The notes under the pieces were generated by a model. That model worked only from the letters and a program-made list of their open reading frames with translations, was not told the DNA's origin and did no database searches. Positions 56,899 through 64,000 of a DNA stretch of 64,000 bases are shown one piece after another. The number at the start of each line of letters is the position of its first letter. The first letter of the stretch is position 1. The stretch is from Campylobacterota bacterium (lineage in GTDB: Bacteria; Campylobacterota; Campylobacteria; Campylobacterales; Arcobacteraceae), in assembly GCA_034716855.1 (NCBI GenBank), contig JAYEKV010000160.1, forward strand, positions 1,926-65,925, given 5' to 3'. The translations under genes and the position numbers were made by a program.

Positions 56899-56916
56899 TC
56901 AAAGAGGGATTATATT

Positions 56917-57885
56917 ATGATAAAAATAAAAAACAGTATTTTGTCTATTTCCATTTTATTTTATCTAAGCGGATGTAGTTTACCACAACAAATTACAGGT
57001 GAATATTATCTCCAACAACAAAAATACAAAAATGGTATTGAATTTTTTCAACAAAAAATATCTCAAGATGATCAAGATTCAACATCATATTATTATTTAG
57101 GAAGATTCCTATTAGCAAAAAACAAAACAAAAGAAGCTATACCTTATTTGGAAAAAGCTATTAAGCTTGATAACTCAAAATCAAACTATTACAGTTGGCT
57201 TGGTGTCTCATACGGTACGCTTGATCTATATAAAGAAGAGATGAAAGCTTATAAAAAAGCTTTATTATTAGATAAGAAAAATATTCAGGCTCTTACATAT
57301 TTAGCTCATAACTATTTTGACTCTAATTTATATATAAAAGCATTAAATTATTATAACAAAGTTCTAAAGATATCACCTCAAAATCAAACATCTCTTTATA
57401 ACAGAGCATTAATACTTGGTAAACTTGAAAGGACACCAGAACAACTACAAGCATATAAAGAATACCTATCATACTACCCTTTTGGTACATTGGCTAGAAA
57501 ATCAGTAACTCAGATAAACAAAATAGGGAATTTTGACTATGAAAACTTATCCTTAGCTTACCAAAACACAACAATCAAAAGTATAAAGTTTAAGCCATTA
57601 AGTACTGATATAGATATTAATTCAAAAGAGTCTTTAAATATAATCGGAAATATATTATCAAAAAATAAAAAGATAAATCTTCATATAATATCTTACCAAC
57701 TCAACAATAAAAAACTGGCAAAAGAAAAAGTGAAAAAGATTAAAACATATCTACTTAAAAGATTTAAAACTATCGATCCTTACAGATTAAAACTAAGTTG
57801 GTTCGATAATCCAAAAATTAAGAAATTTGGTAATAATAAATATATATTAAATGAATATATACAATTTATTGCCGAAGTTAACTAA
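56917..57885 (+). CDS. TPR-repeat lipoprotein with degenerate OmpA-like C-terminal domain
   Basis: 322 aa with a signal peptide and lipobox (LSGCS), several TPR repeats and a C-terminal roughly 100-aa OmpA_C-like pattern lacking obvious peptidoglycan-binding residues. Confidence 0.7.
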   Translation: MIKIKNSILSISILFYLSGCSLPQQITGEYYLQQQKYKNGIEFFQQKISQDDQDSTSYYYLGRFLLAKNKTKEAIPYLEKAIKLDNSKSNYYSWLGVSYGTLDLYKEEMKAYKKALLLDKKNIQALTYLAHNYFDSNLYIKALNYYNKVLKISPQNQTSLYNRALILGKLERTPEQLQAYKEYLSYYPFGTLARKSVTQINKIGNFDYENLSLAYQNTTIKSIKFKPLSTDIDINSKESLNIIGNILSKNKKINLHIISYQLNNKKLAKEKVKKIKTYLLKRFKTIDPYRLKLSWFDNPKIKKFGNNKYILNEYIQFIAEVN

Positions 57886-57901
57886 ACAAAAGGAGAAAAA
57901 A

Positions 57902-58459
57902 ATGAAAAAATTTGTTTATAGATTTATGATAAGTACTGCATTAGTTGCAGCTGGTTCTGTATCACTCTTAGGTGATGATGATATTTCAGAACTAACCAAT
58001 GAAGTACAGGTACAAAAAGCTCAAAATTTAGCAGAAAATACACAAGAGGTTACTGAAGCTAAAATAAATTTAGCTGATGCACAAGAAGCCTATGATAATG
58101 ATCCTGAAAATGAGGAACTTAAAGAGGCACTTGATAATGCAATACAACAGTTGGCAGATATGACTGATGAATCTGTAAACTCAATAAATGATATGAGAGA
58201 GTCAGGCATGGGATGGGGTGAGATTGCACATGAACTTGGTGTTCATCCAAGTGTATTAGGTCTTGGTCATACTAATAATATAAAAAATCAAGAAAGAATG
58301 AGAGAAACAAAATCTTTTAAAACTTCAAATCAAAATCGATCAGAAAATAGCAGTAATAAACTAAAAGGTAAAAGTTCTGATTCTAAAGATAAAGGAAATT
58401 CAGGCAATAAAGATAAAGGCAACTCTAGTAATAAGGGTAACGGGAAAGATAAAAACTAA
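57902..58459 (+). CDS. Secreted hypothetical protein with Lys/Asn/Ser/Gly-rich repeat tail
   Basis: Start placed at ATG 57902 after AGGAG. Signal peptide MKKFVYRFMISTALVAAGSVSLLG. The C-terminus carries KDKGNSGN-type repeats. Confidence 0.55.
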   Translation: MKKFVYRFMISTALVAAGSVSLLGDDDISELTNEVQVQKAQNLAENTQEVTEAKINLADAQEAYDNDPENEELKEALDNAIQQLADMTDESVNSINDMRESGMGWGEIAHELGVHPSVLGLGHTNNIKNQERMRETKSFKTSNQNRSENSSNKLKGKSSDSKDKGNSGNKDKGNSSNKGNGKDKN

Positions 58460-58466
58460 AAAAGGT

Positions 58467-58500
58467 ATTCTAAGTATGATCTACAATTCATACTTAGAAT
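58467..58500. terminator. Bidirectional hairpin terminator between convergent genes
   Basis: Perfect 13-bp stem ATTCTAAGTATGA (58467-58479) / TCATACTTAGAAT (58488-58500) with an 8-nt loop. Confidence 0.75.
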
Positions 58501-58513
58501 AATATATTAAAAG

Positions 58514-59578
58514 TTACTGATGTATTAATTCTGATATTAGTTCAGTAGCATAGCTTCCTTTTGGAAGTTCAAAACCAAGTTCAAACCAAGCTTTTTCCTC
58601 TTTGTATTCACTGCTTATATTTTGAGGGAAAATCCACGCAAATCTTCTAGCACCATCTTCTTTAGTTTCTTTTATAAAAGGTGATTCAAACTTTAAAGCA
58701 TCGTCAACGGCAAGTTTTGTTTTTTTACCTGAAAGAAGACCTGTAGGTACTCTGTCTTTTAGATAAAATTTTTCAGATTCTGAATCTAAATCTTCACAGT
58801 AAAATATCTTACCATATGGATAATGACTCATCACATCACCTTTTAAAACTTTCAATGGATGTTTTTGTTTCTGTATATCCTTGATCATATTCTCATCTAA
58901 ATTTAGTTTTTCACTTATCTCACTTGCTTTAAAGCTCTCAATAATTTTACTGATCTCAATACGCTTTGAAAGCCATTGGTTAAAAAGATATGACTGATAA
59001 GCATTTATAAACATCTGCTTTAACTTTCTATTTTTTTCTCTTCTTTTACCCTCAATGATCTCTTGACCTTTGATATAGTTATCACCGTCTATTCCAAACC
59101 TTTGAAAACCAAAATAATTTGGCATACCGTTTAAAGCGATCTGCCCTAAAGCATCTTCTAGGATATTTTTATGAAAAGGCTGAACTCTTTTTAATCTTAT
59201 AAAGAATTTATTTCCTTTTAAATGCCCTACTCTTATTTTGTTATTGTGGTATGTTTTTTCTAGTATTTTAATATTTGGATGATCAAAAGCATCAATTTTA
59301 TCTTCAAAATTTCTATGTAGACTTATATACTGTACCGTCATGGCATTTTTATCTTTTAAACCTGCATATCCTATATCACGGCTTTTTGCACCAATATGAT
59401 CAGATAAGATACTTACCATATCCCAAGTTGAAAGATCTTTTTTTCTTATCTTTAAAATAAGGTGTTCCCCCTCACCGCTAAATTCATACAGAGGTATCTC
59501 TGTAACGACAAAATCATCTTTGCTTTGTTTAAAATAAACATCTACTTTACTATGGTTTAAATATCTTTGTAATTTCAT
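58514..59578 (-). CDS. truD: tRNA pseudouridine(13) synthase TruD
   Basis: 354 aa with the catalytic-Asp motif YAGLKDKNA and TruD-type layout. Confidence 0.9.
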   Translation of the reverse strand: MKLQRYLNHSKVDVYFKQSKDDFVVTEIPLYEFSGEGEHLILKIRKKDLSTWDMVSILSDHIGAKSRDIGYAGLKDKNAMTVQYISLHRNFEDKIDAFDHPNIKILEKTYHNNKIRVGHLKGNKFFIRLKRVQPFHKNILEDALGQIALNGMPNYFGFQRFGIDGDNYIKGQEIIEGKRREKNRKLKQMFINAYQSYLFNQWLSKRIEISKIIESFKASEISEKLNLDENMIKDIQKQKHPLKVLKGDVMSHYPYGKIFYCEDLDSESEKFYLKDRVPTGLLSGKKTKLAVDDALKFESPFIKETKEDGARRFAWIFPQNISSEYKEEKAWFELGFELPKGSYATELISELIHQ

Positions 59579-59589
59579 ATATCTTCTTT

Positions 59590-60426
59590 TTATTTTTTAA
59601 AATGGTGATTTGTACAAGGGCAGTGGTAACTACCCTCAACTGTTTTTGCAAATATGTTTAACTTTATATTGTGCTTTTTGGCTATTTTGTTTATCTTTTT
59701 TTTATCTTTTTTATCAAAACTGAACAGTACCTCATACTCTTCACCGCTGCAACCTGTATTGACAGATATACTTTCAAAAAATTCAAAACCTAAATTGTTG
59801 GCTTTACTTAATCTTTCAAGCTCAAAGAATAGTCCATCAGAGATATCCATAGTACTCTTTATAAAAGGTGCTATCTCATAAAAAAAATCAGGGTTTAAAA
59901 CAGGCTTGATAAACTTTGAATCTTTTGATATTTTTTTACCTTTTATAAGCTTGTCAAGATCTTTTTTTACACTTCCAAGCTCCCCTGTATAACATACAAG
60001 ATCACCGATATCTGAACCGCTTCTTAATGTAGGCTTTGAGGTGACAGATATAATTGTAACAGATATATCAAGTTTTATATTTGATATTGTATCACCGCCT
60101 ATTATCTCAATACCAAATTCTTCTGCTGCACTTTTAAAACCACTTGCTAGTTTATCCATCTGCTTTTGTGTAAAGTAAGGTGGAATAGCTACGGTTAATA
60201 AAGCATATTTAGGTTTTGCATTCATAACTATTGCATCACTTATATTTACAAGCATCGACTTTCTTGCTATTTGTTTCAGACTCATCCACTCTTCTTTAAA
60301 GTGAACATTCTCAAAAAAGGCATCCATACTGTATACATATTTGCCTACAACTGCTCCGTCATCACCTATATATTTGCTCTTTGCAAATTGTTTAATAAAA
60401 TAATCTTCTTTGTTCATAATCCGCAT
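59590..60426 (-). CDS. thiL: Thiamine-monophosphate kinase
   Basis: 278 aa with an AIR-synthase-like fold and ThiL motifs (IGDDGAV, DISDAIVMN, MDISDGL). An alternative start at ATG 60417 is possible. Confidence 0.85.
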   Translation of the reverse strand: MRIMNKEDYFIKQFAKSKYIGDDGAVVGKYVYSMDAFFENVHFKEEWMSLKQIARKSMLVNISDAIVMNAKPKYALLTVAIPPYFTQKQMDKLASGFKSAAEEFGIEIIGGDTISNIKLDISVTIISVTSKPTLRSGSDIGDLVCYTGELGSVKKDLDKLIKGKKISKDSKFIKPVLNPDFFYEIAPFIKSTMDISDGLFFELERLSKANNLGFEFFESISVNTGCSGEEYEVLFSFDKKDKKKINKIAKKHNIKLNIFAKTVEGSYHCPCTNHHFKK

Positions 60427-60449
60427 TATAGCATTTTATAGTTATAATA

Positions 60450-61745
60450 GTGTCTTTATTAAAAACAAAAGGGAACAACTTGGATTATTTAAAAGTTTCA
60501 GGTAAAAAAAAGTTGCAAGGAAGTGTAAAGATAAGCGGAGCTAAAAATGCCGCACTTCCACTGCTTGCTTCTACAATACTTTCATCAAATAAGATAAATA
60601 TATCAAATCTGCCAAATGTAGCAGATATAAACACTTTGCTTAAACTACTTGGTATGTTAGGCTCAACATATGAGAAGAATGAGCTGTTGACAATAGACTC
60701 TACAACTATCACACAAACAAAGGCGACTTATGAGATAGTAAAGACCATGAGAGCTTCTATACTTGTATTAGGTCCACTACTTGCCAGATTTGGTCATTGT
60801 GAGGTGTCACTTCCTGGAGGTTGTGCCATAGGTCAAAGACCTGTAGACCTTCACTTAAAAGCTTTAGAGCAGATGGGTGCAAATATAGTTATAAAAAACG
60901 GCTACATCCAAGCAACTGTTGATGGTGCTTTAAAAGGTGCAACTATAGTTTTTGACAAGATAACAGTAACAGGAACAGAAAATATAGTGATGGCAGCAGC
61001 TTTAGCTCAAGGTACCACAACAATTATAAATGCTGCAAAAGAGCCTGAAGTGGTACAACTTTGTGAAGTATTAAAAAATGCAGGTCTAAATATAAAGGGT
61101 ATCGGTACAAATACACTAACTATTGAAGGTACAAATAAAAAACTGCTACCATTTAAAGACTTTAAGATAATCCCTGACAGAATTGAAGCCGGTACTTATC
61201 TTTGTGCAGGAGCTATAACAAACTCTATAATAACGGTAGAGGATGTAGAACCTTCTCATCTTGATGCAGTTCTTGCTAAATTTGAAGAGATGGGATATAT
61301 GATCGTAAAAGATAAAAGCAACATTACTATATTTCCCGCAAATAAAATCAAACCAGTAAATATAGTTACTACAGAATATCCTGGATTTCCAACAGATATG
61401 CAAGCTCAGTTTATGGCAATTGCTACAATGGCAGACGGAGTAAGCATAATAGATGAAAAACTTTTTGAAAATCGATTTATGCATGTGAGTGAACTTATAA
61501 GAATGGGTGCAGAGATAACACTAAACGGTACGGTAGCAAATATAACAGGAACTCCTAAAAAACTCTATGGAGCTGATGTTATGGCTACTGATCTTCGTGC
61601 AAGCAGTGCCTTAGTTCTTGCGGCACTAGTCGCCCAAGGGGAAACAAATATCCATAGAATATATCATCTTGACAGAGGATATGATCGACTAGAGGAGAAA
61701 CTTTCACACCTTGGTGCACAAATACAGAGGCTTAAACAAAATTGA
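60450..61745 (+). CDS. murA: UDP-N-acetylglucosamine 1-carboxyvinyltransferase
   Basis: Motifs [10 protein letters not shown], catalytic Cys in [15 protein letters not shown], and DRIEAGT. The track start is GTG 60450. TTG 60480 (LDYLKVSG) fits the usual MurA N-terminus better. Confidence 0.95.
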   Translation: MSLLKTKGNNLDYLKVSGKKKLQGSVKISGAKNAALPLLASTILSSNKINISNLPNVADINTLLKLLGMLGSTYEKNELLTIDSTTITQTKATYEIVKTMRASILVLGPLLARFGHCEVSLPGGCAIGQRPVDLHLKALEQMGANIVIKNGYIQATVDGALKGATIVFDKITVTGTENIVMAAALAQGTTTIINAAKEPEVVQLCEVLKNAGLNIKGIGTNTLTIEGTNKKLLPFKDFKIIPDRIEAGTYLCAGAITNSIITVEDVEPSHLDAVLAKFEEMGYMIVKDKSNITIFPANKIKPVNIVTTEYPGFPTDMQAQFMAIATMADGVSIIDEKLFENRFMHVSELIRMGAEITLNGTVANITGTPKKLYGADVMATDLRASSALVLAALVAQGETNIHRIYHLDRGYDRLEEKLSHLGAQIQRLKQN

Positions 61746-61801
61746 CAATAAAGTCAACTTTGAGTACAATATTGCCCTTTAGTAAAAAACAGGATAATAA
61801 T

Positions 61802-62728
61802 ATGAAACACTTTTTAACATTAAAAGATTATTCAAAAAAAGAGATTTTAGAGATTATTGATCTTGCAGTAAAGATCAAAAAAGAGACAAAAAAAAACATC
61901 TTTAAAAAATATATGCCAAATAAAACACTTGGTATGATATTTGCAAAAAGCAGTACCAGAACAAGAGTAAGCTTTGAAACAGGTATATATCAACTAGGTG
62001 GTGTTGGACTTTTTTTAAGTTCAAACGATATTCAACTAGGTCGAGGTGAACCAATAAGCGATACAAGTCGAGTAATCTCAAGAATGGTAGATATGATCAT
62101 GATAAGAAATGACTCTCAAAAAGAGCTTGAAGAGTTTGCTTCATACTCTAAAGTACCAGTTATAAACGGTCTTACTGATAAATATCACCCTGTACAACTT
62201 ATGGCTGATTATCTTACAATTAAAGAGCATGGACTAGAAGAGAATATTGTGGCAGCATATATTGGAGATGGAAACAATATGACACACTCTTGGTTAATGT
62301 TAGCTGCAAAACTTGGCTTTGACCTAAGAATAGCTACCCCAAAAGGCTACGAAGTTGATCCAGATATTCTAAATACTGCCCTAGAGTTTGCAAAAAAAAG
62401 TGGAAGTACCATAACTGTTACAAATGATCCTAAAGAGGCTGTAAAAGACGCAACTGTTGTTACTACAGACACTTGGGTGTCAATGGGTCAAGAAGACGAA
62501 AAAGAGAAAAGAATAAAAGACTTTACCGGTTTCATAGTTGATAAAAAACTAATGAGCCTTGCAGATAAAAAAGCTATATTCTTACACTGTTTACCAGCAT
62601 ATAGAGAGTATGAAGTAAGTACAGAGGTTTTTGAAGACCATGCTGATACTATATTTAGTGAAGCTGAGAATAGACTTCATGCACAAAAAGCTATTATGGT
62701 ATGGCTTGATCAAAAAAGAGACGGATAA
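61802..62728 (+). CDS. argF: Ornithine carbamoyltransferase
   Basis: Motifs STRTR, HPVQ, and HCLPA. Start placed at [10 protein letters not shown] (ATG 61802). The upstream 20 codons overlap murA and look spurious. Confidence 0.95.
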   Translation: MKHFLTLKDYSKKEILEIIDLAVKIKKETKKNIFKKYMPNKTLGMIFAKSSTRTRVSFETGIYQLGGVGLFLSSNDIQLGRGEPISDTSRVISRMVDMIMIRNDSQKELEEFASYSKVPVINGLTDKYHPVQLMADYLTIKEHGLEENIVAAYIGDGNNMTHSWLMLAAKLGFDLRIATPKGYEVDPDILNTALEFAKKSGSTITVTNDPKEAVKDATVVTTDTWVSMGQEDEKEKRIKDFTGFIVDKKLMSLADKKAIFLHCLPAYREYEVSTEVFEDHADTIFSEAENRLHAQKAIMVWLDQKRDG

Positions 62729-62739
62729 AAAGATAACAT

Positions 62740-64000
62740 ATGATAGATTTTAAAAAATTTGAAAAATACAGTCGCCCTGGACCTAGATATACAAGCTATC
62801 CTACTGCACCTGAATTTCACACAAACTTTACACAAACTGACTTGATAGAAAAATTCAAATCTCAAAATGATGACAGACCACTATCTTTATATATCCATAT
62901 ACCTTTTTGTAGAAGTGCCTGTTACTTTTGTGGATGTAATGTAATATTTACATCTAAAGAGGATAAAAAAGTAAAATATCTTGAATATCTAAAAAAAGAG
63001 TTAAAGATAATAGCCAAACATCTTAATACGAATAGAGTAGTAACACAAATGCACTTTGGTGGGGGAACTCCAACATTTCTAAGTGCAGAACAATTAAAAG
63101 AAGTTACCGACGCCATAAAAGAAACTTTTCCGAATTTTTCAAACGATGCTGAAATTTCATGTGAAGTAGATCCTAGATTCTTTACAAAAGAACATATGGA
63201 TGTATTAAAAGAAGCAGGAACAAACAGACTAAGTTTTGGTGTACAAGATCTTGATCCAAAAGTTCAACAAACGATACATAGAATACAACCTTACGAAACT
63301 ACCAGAAATGTTATGAAAATTGCTAGAGATGCCGAAATAGATTCTATAAATATTGACCTTATTTACGGTCTTCCATATCAAACAAAAGAGACTTTTAGAA
63401 AAACTATAGAACAAATAGTTGAACTAAATCCAGATAGACTTGCAGTGTTTAATTATGCTCATGTACCTTGGATGATGAAAACTCAAAGAAAATTTGATGA
63501 AACTACTTTTGCACCACCATCCACAAAGCTTGAGATACTAAAAGACAGTATTGATTTCTTTACTACACACGGATATAAAATGGTAGGTATGGATCACTTT
63601 GCAAAACCGGAAGATGAATTGTTTAAAGCTATAGACAAAGGTGAACTACATAGAAACTTCCAAGGATACACTACTAAAGGTGGAGCTGACCTTATTGGTA
63701 TAGGTGTAACATCTATTGGTGATGGTGTAGATTATTATGTACAAAACTTCAAAGATCTAAAATCATATGAAGAGACTATAGACAAAGGTGAACTTCCTGT
63801 ATTTAAAGGCTACAGTCTAAATGATGATGATATTTTAAGACAATATGTTATTATGGAGCTTATGTCTAACTTCTCACTTGATATAAAAAGAGTTGAAGAA
63901 AAATTCAATATAAATTTTAAAGAGTATTTCAAAGATGCTATTGAAGCATTAAAAGAATTTGAAGAAGCTGAATTATTAACAATAACTGATGATAAAATAG
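62740..64000 (+). CDS. hemN: Oxygen-independent coproporphyrinogen III oxidase HemN (5' part; runs off the window)
   Basis: Not in the ORF track because no stop occurs in the window. My translation from ATG 62740 is MIDFKKFEKYSRPGPRYTSYPTAPEFH...LSLYIHIPFCRSACYFCGCN (radical SAM CxxxCxxC). The frame stays open to 64000. Confidence 0.9.
   Translation, partial: MIDFKKFEKYSRPGPRYTSYPTAPEFHTNFTQTDLIEKFKSQNDDRPLSLYIHIPFCRSACYFCGCNVIFTSKEDKKVKYLEYLKKELKIIAKHLNTNRVVTQMHFGGGTPTFLSAEQLKEVTDAIKETFPNFSNDAEISCEVDPRFFTKEHMDVLKEAGTNRLSFGVQDLDPKVQQTIHRIQPYETTRNVMKIARDAEIDSINIDLIYGLPYQTKETFRKTIEQIVELNPDRLAVFNYAHVPWMMKTQRKFDETTFAPPSTKLEILKDSIDFFTTHGYKMVGMDHFAKPEDELFKAIDKGELHRNFQGYTTKGGADLIGIGVTSIGDGVDYYVQNFKDLKSYEETIDKGELPVFKGYSLNDDDILRQYVIMELMSNFSLDIKRVEEKFNINFKEYFKDAIEALKEFEEAELLTITDDKI

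Overview
The window is AT-rich and gene-dense. It looks like chromosomal DNA from a member of the Campylobacterota (Epsilonproteobacteria), perhaps a Sulfurimonas- or Arcobacter-like organism. That placement rests only on gene content and protein style: a short ComEC, a short class 1 FBPase, an oadGAB-pckA operon, NIAHQWRQPLN-type histidine kinases and many c-di-GMP and chemotaxis genes. No search was run.

Most of the window is housekeeping: ygiQ, ppaC, dnaB, tatBC, queA, recR, dnaJ, leuBD, rpoD, pckA, fbp, glyS, rsmG, ribA, tpx, tkt, truD, thiL, murA, argF and a partial hemN. Signal-transduction genes are interspersed: two tandem GGDEF proteins, an HD-GYP protein, an HDOD protein, a FIST histidine kinase and a REC/REC-HK pair. 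By eye I found no rRNA, tRNA, CRISPR array, IS element or prophage.

The most unusual region is an 11-gene minus-strand chemosensory operon at about 44.4-55.2 kb. It has no membrane or ligand-binding protein. It encodes:
- a soluble chemoreceptor with two tandem signalling hairpins;
- a CheW whose fold is interrupted by a CZB (zinc/oxidant-sensing) module;
- a ParA-like ATPase;
- a CheA with a roughly 400-aa novel acidic insert in place of P2;
- a STAS-like mini-protein;
- an acidic pseudo-receiver protein with triplicated FMDFD motifs.

I read this as a cytoplasmic chemosensory array system whose combined architecture I do not recognise as described.

Other points worth a second look:
- a single-site frameshift in a receiver gene;
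- a degenerate GGGEF protein next to a putative haem-c sensor cyclase;
- an ATP-sulfurylase homologue that has lost its sulfate-binding and catalytic motifs;
- a head-and-neck-only CCA-type nucleotidyltransferase.

All calls come from motif recognition by eye on the supplied ORF track and sequence. No database search or computation was run.
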